DNA of 64,000 bases, taken from Marsupella aquatica (taxonomy: Eukaryota > Plantae > Marchantiophyta). Within the stretch, counting starts at the first letter, position 1; each line of letters opens with the position of its first letter. The DNA lies in contig OZ316898.1 in the NCBI GenBank assembly GCA_973895155.1, positions 20,967,292 to 21,031,291 on the forward strand, read 5' to 3'. Of this stretch, positions 10,001 to 20,900 are shown piece after piece. The position numbers and the translations under genes are program-made. The notes under the pieces are model-generated. The model searched no databases and was not told the origin of the DNA. It saw only the letters and a list, made by a program, of their open reading frames with translations.

Positions 10001-11724
10001 GACGGCCAGCTTCAAGGCCGACCTAAGGGAGAAGGACGAGATGCTCGAACAGACTTACGCCAAGATGAACCAGATGGAGTCTGTCATCATTGCAGAGCTC
10101 GACAAGGAGCTAAGAGCAACCCAGGAGGAGAGGGCTACCTTGAAGAAGGAATTGGAGGAAGCCCACAGGGAGCAGGAGGAGGCCAAAAACGAGCTGGAGG
10201 GGGCACGTAAGGACCTGGATGAAACCCAAGAGGAGTTGGAGGAAATCACGAGGAAGATGGAGAACCTACAGCGGCGGGCCGACAACCAAACAGAGCGGCT
10301 GAAGAAACAAGCCGCAGTATTTAAATGCTTAGCTGCAGCAGGTCCATCTCCCGTTGGGACAAACCAGTTACCAAGGGTGGTACTTGCCGAAGGACAAGCC
10401 GCGCCACCTGCACCAGTGCCGGAAGTAAGTGGGAAGGGGAAGGGACCAGCTGCCGAGCCACCAACGAAGAAGAGGCGGAAACCTTCAGGGTCAAGGAGTA
10501 ATACGACTTCACAGGCCGTGGTGATCAAGGAGGTAGACCCAGCACCGACCCCAGACAGGGTCACGGCTAAGGATCCAACTACCCTAGGGGAAGGGGAGGC
10601 CGAAGCCGTGGGAGTGGCTGAAGCCGAAGCCGTGGGTATTGCCGAGGCCGGTGTCGAGGCTGAAGCCGAAGGTGGACCCAGTCAGGCCGATGGAGAGTTG
10701 ACTCGGTCAAGGGCAGGTAATCTGTCAGTAGGCGGGCCAACGGCAGTGGCTGAGGAGGAAGTGTTGGGGGCGTCCATTGAGGATCCACCACCGGTGTCGT
10801 GACGGTGCAAGGGCGCCGTTCCTTTTAGGGAGGGCGGACGTGGAGGGAGGAGGCGTGAGTGGGCAGGGCGGGCACGGATCTCCACGTTTAGGATTAGGAT
10901 CAGAACCAGGAGCGGCCCTGACACTTAGCTTAGTGGGATTGCGGTCCCACTGGTAGGAGCAACACTTGTGCTCCTGCCTTGCTGTACATAGGTAGATTCG
11001 GGCAAGTAGATTACTGTTAAGTAGATTAGGCTTACGATGCAAAGAATGGCGGATCCACTACCAGGATAAGTACCTGGGCAGCGGGGAGCTCAGGGCCTCT
11101 TCTTTAGCAAGTTTTTAGTTTGCACCAGCCGGGCTGGGATCAAGTAGTACGAGAAGCTCTCGGTTAGTCATACAGTGACCCTTGTGTATATTCATGTTTC
11201 CTCATGCCTAAGAGCTGAATAGAGTTGGCCTCACGGCTTAGTTCGCAGAACTTGTGTATGAGATGTACTGTTTGTATGGCAAGTGCATGGTATGACTCAG
11301 TCAGAATGAGTCATTTTGCTATTTGTGTGTCGCATTAACTTGTGTGAAGAGTGCCCACATCAACAGAAGGAAGGGAAAGTAAGCAGGGGAGTGAGAGTTG
11401 GATGTGTCGAGCTGAGAGAGGTCTTAGCGGCTTAACCAAGCCTATTGGGGATCATTCCGGCGGCGGAATCCAAACATACCTAACAAGACGGAGGGGAAGA
11501 CAGGGGAAGACAGGGGAAGGCCTATATTAGGCCGGCTACGTATCTCATGACCCGATGAAGGATCTGTCCAGTATATGTGTGTAAAATGTTAATAGTAGTA
11601 GTAGAAGGTTAGCAGCGTCCCATGCCGCTAAGCCGCGGAAACGGCCTCGCCAAGCACGAAACCTGCGGGAATCGGCTTGAGCTGGGGGGTTTCTTGGGTT
11701 TAGGGAGCCATGGGACGCACCACA
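7088..11724 (+). repeat. Family A LTR 2 (shared central LTR, 4637 bp)
   Basis: Starts TGTGATGC after the PPT and ends GCACCACA (imperfect terminal inverted repeat). Isolated copies at 46143 and 50430 start at exactly the same base. Confidence 0.9.
7203..10802 (+). pseudogene. LTR-encoded protein, interrupted copy
   Basis: Same ORF as 18026-21664 but with CAG>TAG at 7899-7901. Confidence 0.85.
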
Positions 11725-11728
11725 TTTT

Positions 11729-11746
11729 TGGCGCTAGATGGAGGGG
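11729..11746 (+). promoter_or_regulatory. Primer-binding site, second unit
   Basis: Identical to 867-884. Confidence 0.75.
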
Positions 11747-11793
11747 GCATTTCTTAAGCCGTGAGATATGAAGTTAGAACGGAAGCGTAGGTA

Positions 11794-14787
11794 ATGACTG
11801 ACCTTACGCCGAGGGAAGAAAGAGTGATTCAACGGGAGAGAGCTCGACTGCAGCAGCTCGCCGGGTGGCATGATACACAGCGACTGAGAGGGGCAGAAAG
11901 AGCTGGTAGCTCCGAAACTGGAAGTGGCGTCGAAGAAGACATACCAGAAGAAGAGTCGGTAAGGAGAAGTGAGTCTCCAACCGACATGGGGGAACCAGAG
12001 GCACGGCCAGACGAGAGGCCAGGGACCAGATTGAGCCAGCGGTCGCGCATACATTACAAGGCATTTCATGGGAGAGGAGATGAGGATCCGGACGAATGGT
12101 TGGATGATTTCGAGGGAACCGCTGCAGCAAATGGAGAATCGGCCATCAAGATGCAGATTCTTCTCGGCCTGTTCAAGGGTGAGGCTAGGCCTTGGTACAG
12201 AGCATTAGATGTGGAAGATCAAGCCATCTGGGATATCTTCAAAACACTCTTTGTTAAGGAGTTTCGACCCATTGGAACTTCAGAACTAGCAGTGCTGAAG
12301 TTGGGACAACTTCGGTTCAAGGAGAACAAATCCTTCAGGAAGTTCTTGCAACGCTTTCAGAAACTGGTAAGACGTACAAAGACCAATGCATCTGAAGGTA
12401 TGCAACTTCAATGGTTGGTGAATGCTTTGCCACAAAAGATGAGTTTTGCAATTAGGAAGGAGAACCCGGAGACTTTAGCCGAAGCAATTAAGGATATTCA
12501 ATTATACATTAATGCAGATATCACAAGCCGGAAGAAACAGCTTAAGTCTGAGAGTTCCTCATCAGAGGAGGGATCACCCCATAAGAAAAAAGATAAGAAG
12601 AAGAAACATTCCAAGAAGTCTAGAAGTGATAAGTCAAGCTCGGATAGTGGGAGTAGCAAGAGTGAGTCATCTTCTAGTTCTGAAGAAGAAAAAACTAGGA
12701 AAAGGAAGGGCAGAAGGAGAGGGAAGACGAAAGTCAAGATGGAGGCTAAGCCACCAGATAACATCGTAGCCCTTACCGAGCAACTTAAGGCTATCATTGC
12801 AGAGGTAAAACCAAAGAAGAAGGTAGTACAGGAGGATAGCTCTGTATGGTGTGCCTTATGTTATAAAACCGGACACCATAAAGATGCTTGTCCTAAGCTT
12901 AATACTAATCATGTTCGGCATGTGGCCGAGATCAGACCATGTTAGGGAGAAGTAGAGTACTTTTTGGGAGATGCCGCTGATAGTGTTTTCGGCATCAGTG
13001 AGACTGGAGCACGAGACCTATCCAACAGACCTGCATCTCTGTGGTCAGGGTTAAGGAACAATCCAGGAGAGATGTATCCTCGGATTATTCAGAACCCGTC
13101 AGTACCTCCTAGGCCGAATGTGCAAAGATTTGCGGCGTGCTATAATTGTGGTCAACCTGGCCATTTTGCTAGAGAATGCCCGAATGCACGCAAACAGGGT
13201 GATGGACAACCAGCTCAGCTATGTATGGGATGCCGACAGGAAGGTCATATGCTAGGGCAATGTCCTACTTGGTTGGCAGGCCTGGCCGCAAATCATAAGC
13301 TTTTGCCGATCAAGATCTTACCGCCAGGTACTACCCCCGGAGGAGTTCAAATCAACCACATCGAACTAGGATGGCAAGAGGATGCCGAGGCAGAGTTCGT
13401 ACCATCTGATGATGAGGCCGAAGCCCTATCAACCTTCTCAGAGGAGGATTTAGATCATGATTGCTACCGGGTCTCTACTCGATCTACCAGAAGGAAGGAA
13501 AGGTGGGATGGGCTGGCCAAAAATAAAGGGAAGGTTACGGAGGAAAGGATCGACTCTTCGTCAACATCAACAGAAGGAGAAGGGAGGGCTCCGGCAATAC
13601 AGGTAAGCCATGAGCCCACCAGTGAAACCAATCCTTCACAAGATAGCGACTTCAATCGAGATCATCCTAAGTTGTTCTACCCCTCTGTTACGGCTAGTGT
13701 TAAGGAACAACTAAGAGAATTAGAAACCCTGGAGAATACCGAAGCCATTGCCAAGGATGTAAAACGAGCAAAAGCATTGTTTGCTTCGGAAGACCCAACA
13801 GCTGTGGAGACTAGCGTGGCAAAACTGGCCGAATCCAAGACGGAAACACCACCAGAAGAGAAGCTGATTGTTCCCTATGACCTGGCTAAAGATGTACTAG
13901 AATCTAGAGTCTCGGCAACAGTAGGTCAACTATTGAAAAATAGCCCGTACTTCCGGAAGCAATTAAGGAAGGCTATTCTCGGCAAGCCGAGATTACCCAA
14001 GGTAGCAACCAGATCCGACGTACTAATGATAGAAGAAGATCAAGGAGCCCCAGCATTACCATTAATGATTCAAGGAGAATTATTACTACGGGTACCCATC
14101 GATGGAGGATCAGGGGTATGTATTATGATTGATTCAACAGCAAAAGGGTGGGGTCTAACACCGGAGATGACTGGAAGAGTGTTGAACATGGCCAATGGAT
14201 ATCAGGTCATTCCAACGGGAGTGTTAACCGGCATCAAGACAGAGATAGGAGGTATCTTCTTTAGCATTAACTATGTAGTAATGAAGCCGGTAAATCCTAC
14301 GTCATTCCGGCTATTGATTGGTAGGCCATGGCTGTACCTAGCCGAGGTAATAGAAGATTGGGGTAAAAAGCAGTTCACTTTCGGGACCCCCTCTATCACG
14401 GTATCCTGGGACACTAAGGATGACCGTAGGAAAAGCATAAGGGAAGTAGATGGGTACGACAGTGGACTGGAGTCAGCCGATGAAGTACGTTGGTTAGAAT
14501 GCCTCACTAACCTAACCGAAGAAGGTGTCTTTGGACCAGAGGTACCCCTCAGCGGATTATGGCAAGAACCAATGGAAGGTGACTTGGAAGAAGAAGACGA
14601 AGAGGTCGAGGACTGCTTTACAATAGAATCCACCTTTTTAGCTGCAATTCCGGAGGAAGTAAAGGATGTAGACCAATTGGATGAAACGGCTAAGTGGGGA
14701 GCAGTAGCAGGGACAGTGGATTTTCTGCAGGCGTTGTGGCAGAGCCGACGGGGTCCACAACGCCATCGATCATCGGCAAGGAATTAA
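11794..14787 (+). pseudogene. gag: Gag-protease, second unit, nonsense mutation
   Basis: Copy of 932-3925 with CAG>TAG at 12943-12945. Confidence 0.92.
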
Positions 14788-16271
14788 ATACCAAGGGATC
14801 GGCATACAAGCCGATTACGAGGGCAGAACAAATTGAGGCCCTATTAGAAGCCGAGAGAGCACAGCGGCCTAACTCTCAGGAGCAAGAGGTGGATGAGATG
14901 GACATACACGATCTAGAGCCAAGGCAGGAAGGGGAGCCGACCACTAATTCAAAACCGAATAGACCGGTAAGGGGACAATCTATGGACACCAAGGAAGGGA
15001 CCGACTCGGCTAGTCCAGCCGAGATCCCAGTTTATGGAGGTATGAGATTAGAGAGACTGGAAGCCGAACTGGACCCGAATTTGAAGAAGCAGATTAATAT
15101 GATCCAAGCACGGCAATATCGGAAGCTCGACTTAGGAGAGGGAAGAGAACTGAACTTAGGGAGAAACCTAGCACCTGAGCTCGAGAAAGAGATCAGTGAC
15201 TTATTGATTGAATTTCAGGATGTGTTTGCATGGAGTCACCAAGATCTAAAGGGAGTAGATCCAACACTAGGGGAACATCGAATTGATCTCATGTTAGGAG
15301 CCAAATCATTTCGACAACCAATTCGAAGGATGAACCCGAAGTATTCCCTGCTGGTCAAAACAGAAATCGACAAACTAGTGGAAGCTGGATTCATCACTCC
15401 AGTCCTGCATTCAGACTGGGTGTCTCCAATTGTGATAGTTCCCAAGAAAGCTGGACCCGATGGTAAACCCAAGATCCGGGTTTGTCAGGATTACAGGAAG
15501 CTGAATGAAGCAACATTAAAAGACCATTTTCCTTTACCGTTTACTGATATGGTACTAGACATGGTAGCCAGTCATGAACTATATTCATTCATGGATGGAT
15601 ACTCTGGTTATAACCAAATCAGGATTCGGCAGGAAGACCAAATCAAGACGGCCTTCATCACGGAATGGGGGATCTATGTCTTCAATCGTATGCCGTTTGG
15701 ACTCTGCAACGCACCAGCTATGTTCCAACGATTAATGGTGAACATTTTTCATGATTACTTGAGAAAGTTCATGGAAATCTTCATTGATGACTTTGCAGTA
15801 TTCGGGAAGGCATCGAAACATGCTAAATACCTCAGGAAAACCTTCATGAGATGTAGAGAGGTGGGTCTCAAGTTACACCCAGATAAATGTTTTTTTGCAG
15901 TAATCGAGGGGGTGCTACTAGGTCACAAGGTATCAAGGAAGGGCATTGAGATTGACAAAGGTAAGCTAGCAGTATGGCTAGATATCATGCAACCTAAGAA
16001 CATAAAGGATGTAAGATCCTTCTTGGGATGCATTGGTTACTATCGCCGGTTCATCAAGGATTTTGCCAAGCTGGCTTTACCATTAACCAATATGCTCAAG
16101 GCAGGAGCAGACTTCGAACCCACACCCGAACGAGTCACAGCGGTGGTAGAATTGAAGCAGATGTTAGTAGAGGCCCCAGTCATGATAGCACCGGACTGGA
16201 ACAAAGATTTTCATGTTTTTGTAGATGTCTCGGGCTTCTGTATTGGCTCCAGTACTAAGTCAGTTGGATGA
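14694..16271 (+). CDS. pol: Reverse transcriptase frame, second unit
   Basis: Copy of 3832-5409. Confidence 0.92.
   Translation: MGSSSRDSGFSAGVVAEPTGSTTPSIIGKELNTKGSAYKPITRAEQIEALLEAERAQRPNSQEQEVDEMDIHDLEPRQEGEPTTNSKPNRPVRGQSMDTKEGTDSASPAEIPVYGGMRLERLEAELDPNLKKQINMIQARQYRKLDLGEGRELNLGRNLAPELEKEISDLLIEFQDVFAWSHQDLKGVDPTLGEHRIDLMLGAKSFRQPIRRMNPKYSLLVKTEIDKLVEAGFITPVLHSDWVSPIVIVPKKAGPDGKPKIRVCQDYRKLNEATLKDHFPLPFTDMVLDMVASHELYSFMDGYSGYNQIRIRQEDQIKTAFITEWGIYVFNRMPFGLCNAPAMFQRLMVNIFHDYLRKFMEIFIDDFAVFGKASKHAKYLRKTFMRCREVGLKLHPDKCFFAVIEGVLLGHKVSRKGIEIDKGKLAVWLDIMQPKNIKDVRSFLGCIGYYRRFIKDFAKLALPLTNMLKAGADFEPTPERVTAVVELKQMLVEAPVMIAPDWNKDFHVFVDVSGFCIGSSTKSVG
14718..14777 (+). promoter_or_regulatory. Predicted -1 frameshift signal, second unit
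   Basis: Identical to 3856-3915. Confidence 0.75.
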
Positions 16272-17961
16272 GAAAGGAAGGGACCATCCCATATACTTCG
16301 CAAGCCGTCAGCTTGCCGATGCCGAACGGAACTACTCTACCACGGAAAGAGAAGCATTAGGAGTCATTTATTCTTGTAAAAAGTTTAGGCATTATTTACT
16401 AGGGTACAAGGTAATCTTTCATACTGATCATGAAAGTTTGAAGTACCTAGTCAATAAGCCGGACCTTACAGGCAGAGTAGCAAGATGGATTTTGCTTTTA
16501 CAGGAGTTTGACTATGAGCTGAGGATCAAGCCAGGAAAGTTACATGCCAATGCCGACTTCTTTTCAAGGATCACAGGTAAACCTGCCACGGATTGCATCG
16601 ATGATCGATTCCCCGACGAGGAGCTATTTGTTGTGGAAATAGCTGGTACATGGTACCCTGAGATTTTACAATTTCTCAGCACTTCCAGATTACAGCCAGG
16701 ATTAAGCCGAGAGCAAGCCGCAGTCTTTGTGCGGAAGGTCAGACAGTATCAGTGCATTAAAGGCATACTGCACAAGCATGGAATCAACGGCACGATTCAA
16801 AGGTGTTTGGAGAAGAGAGAGGTAAAACGAGTCCTACGGGCCATGCATGGAGAGGAGGCCGGAGGACATTTTGCCCCAGTAACCACGTCTAAGAAAATAT
16901 TAAATGCCGGTTACTGGTGGCCCACCTTGCACAAGGATGTCTATCAGTTTATCAAACAATGCGATCCTTGTCAACGAGCGGGAGGACCAAGGGCGTCCAC
17001 CAGGCATCCACTGCACCCTATTCTACCTCTGGCACCATTCGAGAAGTGGGGTATTGATTACATTGGACCTCTGAAACCACTGACCCACCCTCGACGGAAC
17101 AAGTACATAATCCTGGCTACAGATTATGCAACTAAATGGGTAGAGGCCAGACCAACAACGAAGGATGATGCAATTACTACGGCTAGATTCATGTATGAGC
17201 AGATCTTCACCAGGTATGGAGCACCCCTAGAATTAGTTAGTGATAGAGGAACCCATTTTTTGAATGATATAATTAGTCGTTTAAATGAGCAGTATTTAGT
17301 TAAACATAGGCCTACTACTCCCTACCATCCAAAGGCAAACGGGTTGACAGAACGAGCAAACGGAATCATAGGAAAGATATTGAACAAGATAGTAGCTCAG
17401 AACAAACTCGATTGGGATGATAAATTGTTTGCTGCTGTTTTTGCTTACAATCTGGCCTATAAATCCACTACCGGTCATACACCCTTCTTCTTAACCTTTG
17501 GACAAGAAGCCCTGGTACCCATGCAACTTGAGATACCGACATTTCAAGTTACAATTGAGGAAAGAGCCTCAGCGGAGGAGAGCCTAAAGGAGCGAGAATA
17601 TAGGTTAGAAGCTTTAGAGGAAGCGAGAATGATTTCAGCCGAGAGAGTAGAATATAGACAGAATATCATGAAGCAGCAGTATGATAAAAGGTTAAAAGTA
17701 GTTAGTATTCATACCGGTGATCTTGTGCTACTTTATGACAGTAGGTATAGTAGGTTTCCAGGAAAGCTTTACACTCGCTGGTTAGGACCCTTTAGAGTAA
17801 CCATGATGTTCCCCAATGGCTCCGTGCAATTGGCCAACATTACGGGAGAGGTATATCCAGTTCGCATCCATTATGACCGCCTCAAGAAATACTATATGGA
17901 CGAAGATGAAGTTGTTCGCGAGGACGCTTCACAATTAAGTGGGGAGCTATGTGATGCCTAG
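16225..17961 (+). CDS. pol: RNase H-integrase frame, second unit
   Basis: Copy of 5363-7099 with a few substitutions. Confidence 0.92.
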   Translation: MSRASVLAPVLSQLDEKGRDHPIYFASRQLADAERNYSTTEREALGVIYSCKKFRHYLLGYKVIFHTDHESLKYLVNKPDLTGRVARWILLLQEFDYELRIKPGKLHANADFFSRITGKPATDCIDDRFPDEELFVVEIAGTWYPEILQFLSTSRLQPGLSREQAAVFVRKVRQYQCIKGILHKHGINGTIQRCLEKREVKRVLRAMHGEEAGGHFAPVTTSKKILNAGYWWPTLHKDVYQFIKQCDPCQRAGGPRASTRHPLHPILPLAPFEKWGIDYIGPLKPLTHPRRNKYIILATDYATKWVEARPTTKDDAITTARFMYEQIFTRYGAPLELVSDRGTHFLNDIISRLNEQYLVKHRPTTPYHPKANGLTERANGIIGKILNKIVAQNKLDWDDKLFAAVFAYNLAYKSTTGHTPFFLTFGQEALVPMQLEIPTFQVTIEERASAEESLKEREYRLEALEEARMISAERVEYRQNIMKQQYDKRLKVVSIHTGDLVLLYDSRYSRFPGKLYTRWLGPFRVTMMFPNGSVQLANITGEVYPVRIHYDRLKKYYMDEDEVVREDASQLSGELCDA

Positions 17962-20900
17962 ACAGGAATCACTCGGCCGGTTAAGTGGGTAAAGCAGGAA
18001 GGCACCCTAGGAACACCTTAGTATAGTGACAAAACAAGGAAAATATAAACAATTAGGGGCAACCATGGAACCCGGGCAGAGGCCGGAGGTAAGGCTGAGG
18101 GTGAAAACCCGATTAGGGTTAGGGCGCGTTAAGCGTCGGCGGCTAGGAAGGATCAACGGGAAGAAGGACCGGCAGAGGAGAGGGGTAAGGAGCGCTTGCA
18201 GGAGATGGTGGCTCATTTGCGAGCACGAACTAGGCAGACGACTACGGGAGGCCAACTACTGTCAGCTGCTTAGGCAAGCACTCGGGGAGAGAGTAGATAC
18301 CGACGATCAACCTAAGGAGGGTATGAGCAACGTCAATCAAGCGGCACATTTCTGGGGATGCCTGTTCGAACGGGCAACTGAGTACATCAAGACTTACGAG
18401 GACGAGGAGTCAGAAAGGGCAGCTCGAGAACGGCAGGAGCTCGCTCGATTGTGGGAGCTGCAGAAGACGGCTTTCTTAGGAGGCGAACTCATCAAGGACG
18501 AGTTCCTGTGGACGCCTACTTCCAATCAACTCGACGATCTTCTGTTTTGCAAAGACAGCGTCGTCGGCATCCGAGAGGCCATCAAGAACTGCAACGACAT
18601 ACACTGGGAATTAAAGGGTAGCACGGAAAGGTGGACCTGGGCAACGGTGCTAGGAGAAACCTCCACGGCAGCAGAGATGAAGAGGAAGGGAGCCGTCAAC
18701 GATGAAGCCACCCCGGCAAAAAGAACGAGGTCGGCGGCACCAAAGAAGCCAGCCGAGCAGCAGAGCAGGAGGCAGGGAGAAGCCGAAGAGGAGGAGGTCG
18801 ATCCCATCAAGGCCATTCCAACCAGGGATGACACCTGGAAGGGCTGGGCGGCAACCCTACCGGTGGAGGTGCAACTACATTTTGCACGGGAGGAGGATGC
18901 ATGCTTTACGACCATGCAGACCAAGAAGTACCAAGGCTTCATGGCCGGATCCGGCTTGGAGGCCTTTGTAAGATTACCATGGCTGAAGCCGGAGGTACCG
19001 GAGTCAGACCTATTAGAATTCGTGGGGTCATGGGAACCCGAGACCAATTGCACGAGGATATATGGGAAGGATTTCTATCTTACTCCCAAGGTGATTGCCG
19101 AAGTGTTTGGCTTGCCGATGGGCAATAAGACCAAAGTTGATACCAGGAAGACCTTGCCTGACAAGGAGTTCCGGTCGTTCCCCGGGCCATCAACGAAGAA
19201 TGGCTTCTTCCGGAACACCTGCACCAACCCGCACATAGGAGAGATGATCGACTTCTTGCGGGTGACCATGCATTGTAACTTGCCGAGGGCAGAGATCGGC
19301 AAAGCACAGGTCTATCTGGCAGAAAGGCCAGACCCAAGCCGGGACTACAACGGGTACCTCCTCAACCAATTGAAGAAGATCTTAAAGGAGGAGCAGCAGG
19401 TAATCGGCATGGGGAGCGTGTCGCGGCTTGGCTATCACATGCCGCTGTTGTGCCGGTATGCCAGAGGTCAGACTTTTGCCCCGGTACTTCCCCTGCAGGT
19501 AAGGGCACCCGAGGAAGCTCCAACGCCGAGGCCGTTGGCTGAGAAGCCTCAACCACCTGTTAGTCCTACGATCGAGCAGGTGTTTAGGCCCAGGAAGGAA
19601 GACTTGCCGATGCAGCAACCAGGCATGCAAAGTCTGCTGAAACTACTGGAGAAAGAAAAGAGATCGGCATCGGCAAAAACAATGGCAACGGCAACAATGC
19701 AGGACACTACTACAGAGGTAGGCCTACACCGGCTCACAAGAGAAAACCCCTTTGCTGGAGACAAGGAGAGAATCAGGCCGGAATCCAAGCCAGGTATTCG
19801 AATGTACGTGGGAACCTCAAGCTCCGAATCTGAGGCAGAATTGCCTGAAGCTCCTACCGACGAAGAGGAGAGGGAGAAGCCGGAAATCCAAGAGGTAGAG
19901 GAGGCAGTGGAGGACTGCAGCCATGATAATTCCAGCTATGGGTTGGACCATCACGTTCCAGGAGTAAGGACCTGTGGCCGGTTTGTCCCCACACTTCCAA
20001 GGGTAGTGCGAGGGGACCCCAACCAGCAGAGTAGCCCTGAGTCTCCCCCACCAGATGTTGCTCCCCCGAGCTTCGACGGCATAAAACAGACGGTGCAAGA
20101 ATTTCAGGAGCGAATCAAGCAGGAGGAAGAGGCCGCCCTGGCTAAGGAAAAGGATTTACCAGGAGGAGATTGGCCGGAGGACATCAGGCGGCTAGCCGAA
20201 AAAGGAAGCAAACCTCTAGCCACGATTGAAGAGATCCGCAGGACGGCTTGGGAGCAGAGGCCACGATGGGCGATGCCGATCACTTCTACTTACTCCACCT
20301 ACGCTAAGAATAGAGCCATGGAGTATGGTGAGATGTGTGGGGAACTTGCGCTCGGCATCTTTGGAGAGGAGTTGGAGGTAGGACCCTTTTTCCATAGGGA
20401 GCAGTTGGAGAAGCACCAATTAGAAGAAGCGGTGGCTTTAGAGAGAAGCAAGAAGGACGAGGTCATTCGGCGGCTTAGGAGGATGGAAGCCGAGATTGAA
20501 GATCTAAGGGCGGCCAAGAAAGCCCAAGATGAACTGCGGATTAAACGACATGAGCTGAACATCATGCAGGGGCAGTTGGACGCCGCGCAGGCTGATAATC
20601 AGAATATCAAGGATAAACTAACTCAGACGCAGGAAGAGTTGGCCGACACGATCAAAGAAAGGGAAAAGTGGAAGCAAGAGCTGAAGAATACAGAGGAGGC
20701 CCACATAACAGCCAACAGCCGGGCCATGGCGGAGACCCAAAGAAAGGAGTGGGCGTTGAAAGGGGAGCTCGAGAAAATCCGCGGAGCCCTTGAGCAGAAG
20801 GAGGTCGAGTTAGGGAAATCCTATCAAGGGATTATGGCGCTGCAGCAGGAGCTTGCATCCCTGACGGCCAGCTTCAAGGCCGACCTAAGGGAGAAGGACG

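Noticed and set aside
10841-10860. GGAGGGAGGAGGCG followed by TG as the PPT and start of a short (~870 bp) LTR
   Set aside because: Isolated copies begin at TGTGATGCC (equivalent to 7088), which also forms the terminal inverted repeat and has a TSD-like flank.
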